A DNA stretch of 62,033 nucleotides from a virus (IMGVR_UViG_3300043777_000073:1-62033); one strand, 5' to 3'. Positions 45,123-55,345 are shown, counted from the first letter of the stretch. Notes: a model not told the origin generated them from the letters alone. Numbers and translations are program-made.

Positions 45123-46993
45123 TGTCGGCTCCCCTCAGTATCTCCGAGCTATTCCAGCCATCACCTCCTGGGATCAACTCCCAGAACCCAGCGGGAACGA
45201 TCGCGCCTGGCTCATGGCTCGCGACGCTCCTCGCTGACGGTACGACCCTCGGCCTGCCGACGAGCGCCTGGGAGCCAGGTCAAGTCGTCCGCACCATCCA
45301 GGCCATCCAGGCCGTAGAGCTGTCGAAAGAAGACACCTTTATCTCGCAGCAGGCGCAGGGAGGCTTCCTCGACTTCGCAGCGACCGGCACGGTCACCTTC
45401 ACGGATCTCGACGGCACGACGGCGACAGTTCCCGTCAGCCCCGACCCGAGCATCCCAGGTCAGAACCCGAGCGCGACGCTCACGTGGCTCGACCTTCTCG
45501 CCAGCAGCGTCTACAACGTCTTACGCTCGCCAGCCACGGCCGCAGCGGGGCTTCTCTACTTTGCGAACCTGTCGGGCTCGACATCGGGCACGTACGCCGC
45601 GGGCACGTTCCACACGCAGAACACGCTCACTCAGGCGACGTACGCGAATCAGGCTGGCTTCACGGGTACGGCCTCAAGCGTGCTTGGTACGAGCGTGACT
45701 GCGGCGAGCGCGAGCCAGCCGGTCCAGATCATCACGTCGAGCGCGCACGGCCTCTCGAGCGGAGCCGTCATCTACGGCAAAAGCCTTACGGTCACGCCGG
45801 ACGGCTTTTACCAAGTCACCGTCGTCAACTCGACGACCTTCACGCTCAACGGCTCGAACGGTACCGGAGCACCGCCCTATCCAGGGGGCGGAAACGTCTA
45901 CTCGACGCAGGCCATATCGACGGCGGCCGACCTCGTGGGCACGGGTGGCAACGCGGCGCCTGGAGCCGTCACGCAGCTTATCACGAGCGCCCCGAATTGT
46001 TTCGTCACTAACCTCGTGTCCTTCGGCGGCGCCAACTGGCAGAGCAACGTTTCGCTCGCGGCCCAGTGCCGCGCGAAGCTCGCGACGCTGTCGCCCAACG
46101 GACCAAACGGCGCGTACCTCTTCTACGCACTTGCGGCGTGGCTCATCCTGAACGGAGAGAGCATCGGTTCGTCGCCGCCGAACGTCACCGTCGCGGTTGC
46201 CAATTACCTTGCCGCGACCGGCATGGTGCTTCCGTCGCCACTGCCGACGCTCATAAACCTTGACGGCGGGCCGATCACTCGGGCGCTCGTCCAGGCGAAC
46301 AAGAGCACGGGGGTCGTCACTGTCACGCTCGCGAACTCGAGCGGGCCAGTAGCCGGGTGCATCAATAACAGCGTGACGGCTGCCACGGCAACGAGCCCGA
46401 TCGCCATCACGACAAGCTCGCCTCACAACCTGGCCACTGGCGACTACGTGCAGGTCAACCTCGTGCAGGGCCTATCCGGCGCGAACGGCACATTCGTATG
46501 CACGGTCACCGGCGGCAGCACGCTCACTCTGAATGGCTCGACCGGCACCGGATCGTATACTGGGGGCACGGGGCAGCTCTCCGGCGGAGACCTCTACGCG
46601 GTCAACGCGGTCATCCAAGCGTACTGCACGCCGAACGCGACAACGGCGATCACGCAGTCGTCCGTTGGGCTCGCGCCGCCAATCGTCGGGACGGTGTACG
46701 TCCCGCTGGCCATGGTCTCGACCTATCAGTCGAACCTCACCAACCTGTTCAACGCGTACTTCGCGAGCTTCCCCATCGGTGGACTCAACGTCGACAACGC
46801 GAGCAACGTGCTGCCGCTCGGGGCCGTCGAGGGACTCCTGTACGCCGCTGGCGCGAACGGCACTGGCGGATATTTCACGCGCAGCGTGGCTGGCGTGACG
46901 ATCAACGGTCTCGCGCAGGACTACTACATGGGCGCGAGCGGCGTCATCGACTACCCGGTGCCGACGAGCGGCATCATCGTGATCGGCCAGTAG
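45122..46993 (+). CDS. baseplate J-like protein with two inserted FCCH-like modules
   Basis: WLDLLA..VY.V.R..AT.A.G; GTGGNA.PG; CRAKLATLSPNGPNGAY. Confidence 0.75.
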   Translation: MSAPLSISELFQPSPPGINSQNPAGTIAPGSWLATLLADGTTLGLPTSAWEPGQVVRTIQAIQAVELSKEDTFISQQAQGGFLDFAATGTVTFTDLDGTTATVPVSPDPSIPGQNPSATLTWLDLLASSVYNVLRSPATAAAGLLYFANLSGSTSGTYAAGTFHTQNTLTQATYANQAGFTGTASSVLGTSVTAASASQPVQIITSSAHGLSSGAVIYGKSLTVTPDGFYQVTVVNSTTFTLNGSNGTGAPPYPGGGNVYSTQAISTAADLVGTGGNAAPGAVTQLITSAPNCFVTNLVSFGGANWQSNVSLAAQCRAKLATLSPNGPNGAYLFYALAAWLILNGESIGSSPPNVTVAVANYLAATGMVLPSPLPTLINLDGGPITRALVQANKSTGVVTVTLANSSGPVAGCINNSVTAATATSPIAITTSSPHNLATGDYVQVNLVQGLSGANGTFVCTVTGGSTLTLNGSTGTGSYTGGTGQLSGGDLYAVNAVIQAYCTPNATTAITQSSVGLAPPIVGTVYVPLAMVSTYQSNLTNLFNAYFASFPIGGLNVDNASNVLPLGAVEGLLYAAGANGTGGYFTRSVAGVTINGLAQDYYMGASGVIDYPVPTSGIIVIGQ

Positions 46994-46994
46994 C

Positions 46995-48383
46995 ATGGGC
47001 TTCAAGAACCTCGGCACCCAATTCCAAACCGACATCGTCAGCGATCAGGTCGCGCCGCCGTGGCTGCAGAATCCAGTCGGAAGCGCGTACCTGCAGACGA
47101 TGGGCAAAGGCCTCGACCTCATCAGGTTCCGAAGCGCCCAGGCATCGCTGCTTCACATGCCAGGGCAGGGCGACACGAGCGCCGACTACTACATCGGTCT
47201 TGACCGGCTGCTCACGCAGGGACAGAGCGAGCCTTACCTAACGTTCGAAGCAAGGCTGTCGAAGGCCTTCGATACGTGGCAGCACGCCGGCAACGACTGG
47301 TCGGTGCTTGAGCAAGTGCTCTCGCAGCTTCTCCCATTGCAGCCGGCCGCCCGCACGATAAGCGAGACTGGACGCTGGAGCTACTACCCGGAAGCGGGGA
47401 ACACGGCGCTGCCCCCGAGCGAGTTTCTGGCCAAGACATCGAACTGGAACTGGGACAACGCTTCGTCGTTCTGGCACCCACTCAGCCCGACGGCGTGGTG
47501 GCGCTTCTGGCTCGTCGTGAACGCCGGCATGACCGTGGTCGGCACGAGCATCAACGGCGCGACATTCGCGAGCCCCATAGAGTTTTCGACGACGACGCCT
47601 CACGGGCTCGTGACCAACGCCCAGGTCTACATCGACCAGGTGAGCGGAAACCTCGGCGCGAACGGCGGTCCTTTCATGGTCGTCGTCGATAGCCCGACTA
47701 CATTCTATATTCCAGGCCTCAACGGTACTGGCATCTGGTCCGGCGGAGGCTACGTCTATCGAGCGGACCAGCAAGGATGGGCGGCGCCGTTTCCGTGTCT
47801 CGGGACTCCGGGCTCGCCGTGTCTTGGAGTGAGCACGTACGGCATCCCCATCTCTGGGGCCACGGACGCGTCGCAGATCGAGATTTCGACCTCAGTGCCG
47901 CACGGACTCTTCTCCGGCTACCAGGTCTATATCAACGAGGTCGGTGGCAACACGGCAGCGAACACCAAGGGACTGCCGTGGACCGTGACCGTGGACGCCC
48001 CGACGGCCTTCCGCATCCGAAACTCGCAGACGAACGCGTTCATCGCGGGCAACGGCGCTTACTCAGGCGGCGGCTACGTCTTTCTCGCCGGCGACCCAGT
48101 GGCCATTCCGCCTACGTCGAGCCTCGGGTTCCTAAGCTCTGGCGACGTCACACTGTCGACAGACTTCTGGAATGGCCTGCGCGCGCTGCTGAGCACGTAC
48201 AAGACGGCGCACGCGAGCCTCTGGAACATCATCGTGACCTTCGACCAGTCGCTCTTCGTTCAGGACACGCCGCTCGGAGCGGACCAGCCGGACGGAACGT
48301 ACGCGTGGCCGGCGAAGCTGGTCGCTGGCGTGTACGTCCCCGCGCGGGCCACCAATGCGCGATTCGTAGCGGGGATCACGTGA
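46995..48383 (+). CDS. baseplate wedge / tail protein I-like with two FCCH-like modules
   Basis: YIGLDRLLTQGQSE...RL..AFDTWQHAG; follows the J-like gene. Confidence 0.65.
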   Translation: MGFKNLGTQFQTDIVSDQVAPPWLQNPVGSAYLQTMGKGLDLIRFRSAQASLLHMPGQGDTSADYYIGLDRLLTQGQSEPYLTFEARLSKAFDTWQHAGNDWSVLEQVLSQLLPLQPAARTISETGRWSYYPEAGNTALPPSEFLAKTSNWNWDNASSFWHPLSPTAWWRFWLVVNAGMTVVGTSINGATFASPIEFSTTTPHGLVTNAQVYIDQVSGNLGANGGPFMVVVDSPTTFYIPGLNGTGIWSGGGYVYRADQQGWAAPFPCLGTPGSPCLGVSTYGIPISGATDASQIEISTSVPHGLFSGYQVYINEVGGNTAANTKGLPWTVTVDAPTAFRIRNSQTNAFIAGNGAYSGGGYVFLAGDPVAIPPTSSLGFLSSGDVTLSTDFWNGLRALLSTYKTAHASLWNIIVTFDQSLFVQDTPLGADQPDGTYAWPAKLVAGVYVPARATNARFVAGIT

Positions 48384-48398
48384 GAGGAATGCGATAGC

Positions 48399-49412
48399 AT
48401 GGGTTTCACCTATGGGGGTCTCGTCAGCAATATCACGGTGCCTGTCGGCATCTCGATCCTGTCGACTGTCAAGGGTAGCCCAACTGTCGTCAACACGGCC
48501 ACGCCGCACAACCTACTGAACGGCGACATCGTCGACATCACCGATCACCAGACCTGCACGGGCGTCAACGGTATCGGACTCACCGTCACGGTCACCAGCA
48601 GCACGCAGTTCACGGTGCCGATCAACACAAGCACGTACACGAGCGGCGGAGCGACTGGGTTCGTATGGCCTCGCGTCTATACGCAGAACCGCACGACGAT
48701 CCCGGTCGACGGTGACCCGAACGACGCGGCAACTTACGCGCCCGGCTTCATGTCGAACGCCGACGAGAACACGTTTGCCTTCGCGTACATGCCGCTCTAT
48801 TACTTGGGGAACGGAAACCTTAGTGCCACTGCGGTGCACACCGACAACTTATTCGGAACGCCGTGGGCTTGGGTCAAGGCGACGGCGCCAGGAGGATCGG
48901 CCAGTGCTCCGGTACAGGCTACGAGCCCAACGAGCGGGACGGCATTCGGCAGCCTGCTGCATGCTGGAGCAATTCCGGTTGCAGGAGCGGACATCATCGA
49001 GTTGCAGCTCGACTTCTCGTACGGCTGGACAACCCCGCTCGGAAGCGACCCGGATCAGTCGATCTTCTTCGCGCTCAACTGCGCCTACTATGTTCCTGGC
49101 ACGGCCACGCCGACCTTCACGCAGGAGATTCCACAGTCCTCCAAGAAGGTCAACAGTCAAATACTCACGATTTCGGCAGTCAACTATCAAGTACCGCAGA
49201 GTGGTGGACTTTCGCTACACGGATGCTTCAACGTAGCGGGCAACTTGACCCTGCAGGGCGCCGGAGCGGTCGACACAGCTGGCATGTTCGACGTTCAGCT
49301 CTATGCGGGAGCGAAGCACGGATCGTCCGGCGACAGCGTCGGCTTTGTCTTTGGGGATGCGCACTTCACGTGCAAGGTCTGGCGACCGACCAGTATCACG
49401 CAGGAGACATAG
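48399..49412 (+). CDS. putative tail fibre / baseplate protein
   Basis: FCCH-like N-terminus; position. Confidence 0.6.
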   Translation: MGFTYGGLVSNITVPVGISILSTVKGSPTVVNTATPHNLLNGDIVDITDHQTCTGVNGIGLTVTVTSSTQFTVPINTSTYTSGGATGFVWPRVYTQNRTTIPVDGDPNDAATYAPGFMSNADENTFAFAYMPLYYLGNGNLSATAVHTDNLFGTPWAWVKATAPGGSASAPVQATSPTSGTAFGSLLHAGAIPVAGADIIELQLDFSYGWTTPLGSDPDQSIFFALNCAYYVPGTATPTFTQEIPQSSKKVNSQILTISAVNYQVPQSGGLSLHGCFNVAGNLTLQGAGAVDTAGMFDVQLYAGAKHGSSGDSVGFVFGDAHFTCKVWRPTSITQET

Positions 49413-49421
49413 CGCCGTCTA

Positions 49422-50057
49422 CTACGGAAGGACGAGGCTCCGATCGGGCTGAGGATTGTCGACGCATTTGGTCACGCTCGCGATCAAGAACTCTTGGCGC
49501 TTGATCGGCATGCACGTCTGAATGACGACAGGGACCTGGGTTCCAGGTGGCACGTTGTCGAGAACGAAGTGTCCCGTAGCGTCCGTTGTCGTGATTCCGT
49601 AGAGTGGCGGGTATAGCGCATCGCACGAGACGCCTGGAGTAAGCATCGTTGGCAAGGCCGGCAGGGTTGCCGACTTCGGAGCGAAGACGGTGACAGCGGC
49701 GGCGGGGACGCCGCTCACCTGGTCGTAGACGGTCCCGCTGACGGTCGTGTGGGCGCCGACCGGGCAATTCGGGTCCGGCAGTACGGTCAGCCCGTTTGGC
49801 GCGTCCTGAGCAGCGTCCGGGTCCGCAAGAGCGCCAGCGTCGGCCTCCACGGCGGCCTCAGGTGCGCTTGCTTCGGCCATTGCCTCCGGCACGACTGCTG
49901 CGGCCTCCTCTGGCGGGTCCGGCGGCGTTCCAGCGTCCGTGCCTGCCTCCGCCCGTAGCGCGTCGCCCGCGCTCCCGACCGCGAAGGACGAGCCGCCACA
50001 ACCGCAGCCGCCGCATATCGCAGACCAAGCCAGAATCCAACCGATTGCGTTTCTCAT
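49422..50057 (-). CDS. antisense-oriented secreted/lipoprotein with carboxypeptidase-regulatory-like domain (myxobacterial type)
   Basis: Signal peptide with Cys; DAG/PEA linker; TTVSGTVYD...GVSCD...TTDATGHFVLDNVPPG..VPVVIQ...CVDNP. Confidence 0.7.
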   Translation of the reverse strand: MRNAIGWILAWSAICGGCGCGGSSFAVGSAGDALRAEAGTDAGTPPDPPEEAAAVVPEAMAEASAPEAAVEADAGALADPDAAQDAPNGLTVLPDPNCPVGAHTTVSGTVYDQVSGVPAAAVTVFAPKSATLPALPTMLTPGVSCDALYPPLYGITTTDATGHFVLDNVPPGTQVPVVIQTCMPIKRQEFLIASVTKCVDNPQPDRSLVLP

Positions 50058-50141
50058 TGTCGACCCCATGCGAGAGAGCGGAATGCCCATACTATATCAT
50101 ACGGCCGAGCCGCTCATTTTCAATAGGGGACCGGGTGTCCA

Positions 50142-50540
50142 GTGAGCAGCCCTCTCGCGCTCAACCTGCTTCTGCGTGCTGGCTGCGCGGAGACCGGCTG
50201 CCTTCGCTGGCAGACTGGAGCCCCACCGCCATCGGCCGCCACCGACGTCAGCCTCGCGGGCTGCACCGCCATCGCGACCGTCTGGGCGCCGCAGCAGTGG
50301 AACTCGCCGCTCCTGACCATCACGACGACGCCGAGCGCGGACGGCTCGATCTCGATCAGCACCTTCTCGAGCGCCCAGGTCCCGAGCCTGGTCACGTGGC
50401 TCTTCAGCGCGGCCGGCGTGGCGCTTCTACTGCCAGCCGTTCCGCTCGACGAGGCGCGACTCGAGTGGGGGCTCAACATTATCTTCCCGAGCACCGGGCC
50501 GTGGCCGCTCATCCGCGGTCGCGTCACGGTAAAGCCATGA
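50142..50540 (+). CDS. hypothetical virion protein
   Basis: ORF resuming the + strand operon. Confidence 0.55.
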   Translation: MSSPLALNLLLRAGCAETGCLRWQTGAPPPSAATDVSLAGCTAIATVWAPQQWNSPLLTITTTPSADGSISISTFSSAQVPSLVTWLFSAAGVALLLPAVPLDEARLEWGLNIIFPSTGPWPLIRGRVTVKP

Positions 50541-50541
50541 C

Positions 50542-51114
50542 ATGGGAGCACCGAACCTTGGCAACCTCAATCTCCTCAACGTCATCCTGCCGTTCGGGCC
50601 TGCGGCCCAGAGCGGCATCACGGCGTACTATCCGAGCATCGGCACGGCGCTGCCGCGCATGTCCGGCGGGTCGGTGGGGCCGATAGTGGGAAACTATCAG
50701 ACGGTCCAGACCGACTTCGTGGGGCTCCCGGGCCAGCCGATACTAAACTTCGTGCCGCCGCTCATTGGCTCCAACGACGCAGGCAACACCAGCACCGACG
50801 TCACGATCTGGACTGAGCAGATTGTCTCAGGCGCCGGCTACACGGTCACCTCCGCGCTGACCAATGTCTTCAGCGGCTTCAAGGCGCTGACGGGCAACGT
50901 CAACGTGCTCTTGCCAGCCTCCCCGTTCCCGAATCAGATGGTCTACGTGGCTGACCTCGACGGCTCGCTCGCGAATCACAACGTGACGATCGAGGGCAAC
51001 GGCAACAATATCGATAACGCCTCGGCGAACATCGTGGCGAGTAACACACTCGGGGGCCCCAAGGCGGTGTTTGGATTTTTCTTCCTGACGGCCTACGGCT
51101 GGAAGCAGGTCTAA
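50542..51114 (+). CDS. putative tail-fibre-associated protein
   Basis: VLLPASP...VADLDGS...NVTIEGNGNNID fibre-type module. Confidence 0.65.
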   Translation: MGAPNLGNLNLLNVILPFGPAAQSGITAYYPSIGTALPRMSGGSVGPIVGNYQTVQTDFVGLPGQPILNFVPPLIGSNDAGNTSTDVTIWTEQIVSGAGYTVTSALTNVFSGFKALTGNVNVLLPASPFPNQMVYVADLDGSLANHNVTIEGNGNNIDNASANIVASNTLGGPKAVFGFFFLTAYGWKQV

Positions 51115-51115
51115 C

Positions 51116-52150
51116 GTGACGCGCAATTTCAAAGCCGTCCTCGCGGGCTTCGCCGCTTTTATGCTCACGCTCGGCGCGGCCGAGGGCTGCAAGAAGAGCA
51201 AGACGCCGCCACCCGTGCACTACGGCGAGTACGCGCCGGGACAGCTATTGCCAGCGAACCCGAGCCTAGGGTCGGTGCCGTACTTCGGCGATTCCGGGGC
51301 CGGCGCCTGGGCGAACAGCCCGGCGCCCGCAGCCGGTCAGTGTCTACAAGCCTACGGCGTATGGGGCAGCTGCGGCGGCGTCCTGCCGGATGCCGGTGCC
51401 GGAGGCCTCTGGTACCAGAACGACGCGGGAGCGATTACCGCGCTGCCGGGCAGCACCACCGGGCAGTTTTTGCAGACGCAGGGCACGAGCGGCGCCCCGC
51501 CGCTCTGGGCCGTCCCAAACTCCTCGGGCGACGAAGGCACGATTGTCGCGCCACCGACGATTGCCAGCTCGACGTGGACCGACATCAATTTCGGCAGCGG
51601 CACGACGGCCGTCGATTCAGGCCGGGCCGGATTCACGACCGTTTACCTTTCGGACTTCACGACCGGCGGCGCCGAGGTCATCCGTGGGATCTCGCAACCC
51701 CTAAGTTCCGCCGTCTACACGTTCACGGCGCGAGTTCGACCGCTCCTCTACCCGGCGAACAACTCGAGCGCCGGCATCGGGATCACCGATGGGACGAAGC
51801 ACATCGTCATCCAGCTCACGTTCGTCTCCGGTGGCGTGGACATCCAGGTCGTCAAGTTCACCAACTCGACGACCTTCTCGGCTAACTACTACGCGAACCC
51901 GTGGAACATCGGGCAGAACGCTCCCTTCTGGCTTCGGATCAAGAACGACGGCACGCACCGGAACATGAACTACTCGAGCGACGGCGTGAACTACTTCCCG
52001 GCGACGATTGGTTCCTCGAGCACGTGGCCGACCTACACGAGCGCGACCGACTTCATCACGACCGAGACGGCCGCCTCGCTCATCATCGACCCGCTCAACG
52101 GCACCGGCTCCGGCGTCACCGTCGAGAGCTGGCAGATCACCTACCCATGA
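51116..52150 (+). CDS. putative receptor-binding protein with lectin-like C-terminus and signal-peptide-like N-terminus
   Basis: GQFLQTQG...PLW fibre motif; WLRIKNDG...YSSDGVNY. Confidence 0.6.
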   Translation: MTRNFKAVLAGFAAFMLTLGAAEGCKKSKTPPPVHYGEYAPGQLLPANPSLGSVPYFGDSGAGAWANSPAPAAGQCLQAYGVWGSCGGVLPDAGAGGLWYQNDAGAITALPGSTTGQFLQTQGTSGAPPLWAVPNSSGDEGTIVAPPTIASSTWTDINFGSGTTAVDSGRAGFTTVYLSDFTTGGAEVIRGISQPLSSAVYTFTARVRPLLYPANNSSAGIGITDGTKHIVIQLTFVSGGVDIQVVKFTNSTTFSANYYANPWNIGQNAPFWLRIKNDGTHRNMNYSSDGVNYFPATIGSSSTWPTYTSATDFITTETAASLIIDPLNGTGSGVTVESWQITYP

Positions 52151-52551
52151 GCGACCCGAACGATCCCCAAGTCGTCTACACGATTGGCCTGCAAGGCCCT
52201 TCAGGTCTGCCGATGCTCTGGCAAGGCGCGCTCGCGATCACGCCATCGCAGTCGCCCTACTCGGCGAAGGTCCTGCAGCCGGTGCCAGTCGACTGCCGCA
52301 CGGGCGCGGTGACGGTGCAGCTCCCGGCGCTCACGGACTCGTCGACGTGCGTTGTCGCCATCAAGGATCTCTACGGGGCGAGCGCCACGAACAACATCAC
52401 GGTGCTGCCGGTGTCGGGACTCGGAACGGAGGTCGAGGTCCCGGGCTCTCCCGGCACGTACGCGAGCACGACGGTCATCGCGAGCAACGGCGCGGTCGTC
52501 TGGTACGTCGCGATGTTTTCGATCAATGCGTGGATCATCTGGGTGCATTGA
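52147..52551 (+). CDS. putative tail-fibre-associated protein
   Basis: VDC.TGAVTVQLPA...IKD..GAS.TNNITV; similar to the C-terminus of 50542-51114. Confidence 0.6.
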   Translation: MSDPNDPQVVYTIGLQGPSGLPMLWQGALAITPSQSPYSAKVLQPVPVDCRTGAVTVQLPALTDSSTCVVAIKDLYGASATNNITVLPVSGLGTEVEVPGSPGTYASTTVIASNGAVVWYVAMFSINAWIIWVH

Positions 52552-52955
52552 TGCCCATCTCCGATGGCGGCATCCCAGTCATCGAGGCGGCGGCTCCAGC
52601 GACGTGTGATGACGTCATCGAAGCACTTCGAGTGCAGCGCGAAGCGACGAGACGGCTCTTTGATACTCTCAACGCCAAGATTGACACCAAGTTGCGCGAA
52701 CTGCAGGACCGGACAGACGCGATCTCAGACGAGAGTCATCAGACATACGCAATCGTATGCGAGTTGCGCACGGCGGAGATCAACCGGCACCAGGTTATGT
52801 CTGACGCGCGGTTCATGGACAAATTCCGCCGCGCCGCTGCCGAGACCGAGGCCGATGAAGCGCTCGCGGAAGAGATCGCCCAGAGCGAGCGGCCGACGGG
52901 TGACTTGCCACGAGACCATGACACCGAGCCACCACACGGAAACGGAGAGGGCTAG
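52551..52955 (+). CDS. hypothetical coiled-coil protein
   Basis: TGATG-coupled. Confidence 0.55.
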   Translation: MPISDGGIPVIEAAAPATCDDVIEALRVQREATRRLFDTLNAKIDTKLRELQDRTDAISDESHQTYAIVCELRTAEINRHQVMSDARFMDKFRRAAAETEADEALAEEIAQSERPTGDLPRDHDTEPPHGNGEG

Positions 52956-53308
52956 TGCCGGAAGTCCCGAGCAACCCGATCGTCGTAGGTCCGGCGGCCG
53001 TATGGCTGCTGGGGGTCATCGGTGCGATCATCCTTTGGATCGGTCGGTGGATGATCGTGGAGATCCGCGAGCACCGTGTCAAGACCGAAGCGGCACTCGC
53101 CGGCAAGGTGGGACACGTCGAGTTCAAGGACCATCGACGCGAGATGGGCGAGCGGCTCGACAAACAGGACTCGGCGCTCGCAACAACCATGGGTATGTCG
53201 TCGCGCGCGCTCGGGATTCTTGAGGGGATGAAGAGAGAGCACGAGGAAGAGAAGCGCCACTCGTCGCCTCCCCCATGGCCACCGAAGATCCCACCCATAA
53301 AGCGTTGA
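52955..53308 (+). CDS. membrane protein (one TM plus coiled coil), possible lysis gene
   Basis: AAVWLLGVIGAIILWIG TM segment. Confidence 0.55.
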   Translation: MPEVPSNPIVVGPAAVWLLGVIGAIILWIGRWMIVEIREHRVKTEAALAGKVGHVEFKDHRREMGERLDKQDSALATTMGMSSRALGILEGMKREHEEEKRHSSPPPWPPKIPPIKR

Positions 53309-53362
53309 CTCACGGGCTCGCCTCGTGCGAGCCTCCCAAGGCAAACGAAAGGACCGACGACC

Positions 53363-53653
53363 ATGCAGCTCAAAGCAGTCCACTACAAGGGCATCTCGCT
53401 CGCGGGAGCCGGGCCGATCCTCGGCATCCTCGTGACCGGCATCGGCTGGTTCACGAACAACGTGACGGCGACCGGCCAGCAGGTTTGCGTCAACGGTCTG
53501 CCGACCGCGATCGTCGCGGGCGTCGCCGGGCTCCTGACGATCGGCGGAGTCGTCGGCGGCATCCTGGTGCTGCTCAAGTCGCCGTCGACCGTGCCGGCCG
53601 TCAACATCGCGGCTGCCAATGAGTCGATGAAGGCGGGAGAGGTGAAACCATGA
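53363..53653 (+). CDS. two-TM membrane protein, holin candidate
   Basis: Two hydrophobic segments in 96 aa. Confidence 0.5.
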   Translation: MQLKAVHYKGISLAGAGPILGILVTGIGWFTNNVTATGQQVCVNGLPTAIVAGVAGLLTIGGVVGGILVLLKSPSTVPAVNIAAANESMKAGEVKP

Positions 53654-54120
53654 GGACGGCAGCCGGGCGTCTCGGCGCCATAGCTCTCATCGCCTCGTGT
53701 CTCGGGGGAACCGCAACGGTTACGAGCTGCACGCCTGCACAAGCCGCGAACGTTATCTCGACGATCGAAGGCTATCTGCAATACGTGACGACGTTCATCC
53801 AGGTCGCGGAAGGCGTCTGGTCGGTCATCTCGCCCCTGCTTGGGGCCTCGGTGGCGCCCACTGCCAACGCGCAGTTCGCCAAGGCCATCAACGACGTGAC
53901 CGACGCATGTGCTGCGCTCGAAGACGCGCTGGCGGCGGCTCAGGCAGCCAACAACCCGAGCCCGAACCTCTCGGCGCTCGTCGCCAACTGCGTCTCGGCG
54001 GTCAACGAAGTCGTGGCGGCCATCTCGCAGTACAACACGCCTGCGACGCCCAGCACCAAGAGCGGCGCGAGCCTGTCGACGTTGCAGCACATGCAGAGCG
54101 TCATCGGGAGCTGGCACTGA
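53650..54120 (+). CDS. predicted secreted/membrane helical protein
   Basis: Hydrophobic N-terminus with Cys; coupled. Confidence 0.55.
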   Translation: MRTAAGRLGAIALIASCLGGTATVTSCTPAQAANVISTIEGYLQYVTTFIQVAEGVWSVISPLLGASVAPTANAQFAKAINDVTDACAALEDALAAAQAANNPSPNLSALVANCVSAVNEVVAAISQYNTPATPSTKSGASLSTLQHMQSVIGSWH

Positions 54121-55031
54121 TGTTCAACGCAGCAGCGCACGCGGCGTGCACGGCCGCCACTCGTCGCGACCGGCTCGGGTACATCCCAGACAAGACGCAT
54201 GACCAACGGCCGCACGTACTCAGCCTCGGGCTCACAACGACGAGCGCGGCCGCCTCCAAGGTCGAGTGGAACGGCACGAGCTTCAATCAAGGCGGGTTCG
54301 GGAGCTGCGGTGGTCACGGTACCGCGAAGGCGCAACGGCAAGCGTACCTGTCGGCCGGTTTCCCATGGCCGTTCGCTGGAGACAACCAGGACTTCTCGCC
54401 GTGCTGGTTCTACAAGCTCGCGCGTCGGATCTCGATGCCGGCGACGTCGGCCAGTGGGCCGCCGCTCACAGACTCGGGAATCGATCCGACCTCGCTGCTC
54501 TCGGTCACGCCGCTCGGTCTCGTTCCCATCGGCACCGACGGACAGTGTCCAGCGCCCGACGGGACGTACACGGACTGCTACGCGGCGACCGTCAACGTCG
54601 ACGTGCAGCTTGACGCGGAGATTGAAGGCCGTAGCAACATCGACATCAGCGCCTACAACGTCGACGCGTCATCCGGCGATGCCGACGCCATCGCGGCGCA
54701 GGTCACGCCGATCTTGCAGACGCCAGGACTCTCGAACGCGTTCGGCATCTTCGTCGACAGCGCGTTTGAGAATTGGGACCCGTCGCAAGGTCCCCTCGCG
54801 AGCGCATGCAACCTGAACGACCCATCTGGTGGTGGCCACTGGATCGACCAGGACGAGATCACGATGACGTACGTCAACGGAACACGCTGCTGGGGATTCC
54901 TCAACTCGTGGGGATCGTGGGGCCTCAACGGTCGCATCTACGTCACCGACACGCGTCTTGTCACGATGACGTCGCAGATCATCGCGTTCAAGGCCAATTC
55001 GGCGGCGACGCCGTGGAAGGCGGCAGCATGA
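54120..55031 (+). CDS. papain-like (C1 family) cysteine protease
   Basis: NQGGFGSCGGH, GGGHW and NSWGSWGLNG give the Gln/Cys, His and Asn motifs. Confidence 0.85.
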   Translation: MFNAAAHAACTAATRRDRLGYIPDKTHDQRPHVLSLGLTTTSAAASKVEWNGTSFNQGGFGSCGGHGTAKAQRQAYLSAGFPWPFAGDNQDFSPCWFYKLARRISMPATSASGPPLTDSGIDPTSLLSVTPLGLVPIGTDGQCPAPDGTYTDCYAATVNVDVQLDAEIEGRSNIDISAYNVDASSGDADAIAAQVTPILQTPGLSNAFGIFVDSAFENWDPSQGPLASACNLNDPSGGGHWIDQDEITMTYVNGTRCWGFLNSWGSWGLNGRIYVTDTRLVTMTSQIIAFKANSAATPWKAAA

Positions 55032-55345
55032 GCAGGGAGATTGTTTTCCTAGTCGCTTTCGGGCTCACGGTTGTTGGCTGCCCGTCGACGCCGCCGCCGG
55101 TCACTCCGGGCAACGACGCTTCGGACAGCGCGCCGCCTCCGCCTCCTGCGGTCGACGGCGGGCCGGTGTCCTTCGAGCAAGGCGTCTGCAACGCCCTCGC
55201 GGCCAGTGGCTGCAAGGTCGGGGCGTCGCCGACCTGCGCGGCCGCCATCGCGGCGACGAAGATTCCAGGCGGATTCATCGCCCCATGGGCGGCATGTGTC
55301 TACTCGGGCGCGAACCCGACGACCTGCAGCGTCCCGTGCCGATGA
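55028..55345 (+). CDS. Pro/Cys-rich lipoprotein
   Basis: FLVAFGLTVVGC lipobox. Confidence 0.65.
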   Translation: MSREIVFLVAFGLTVVGCPSTPPPVTPGNDASDSAPPPPPAVDGGPVSFEQGVCNALAASGCKVGASPTCAAAIAATKIPGGFIAPWAACVYSGANPTTCSVPCR

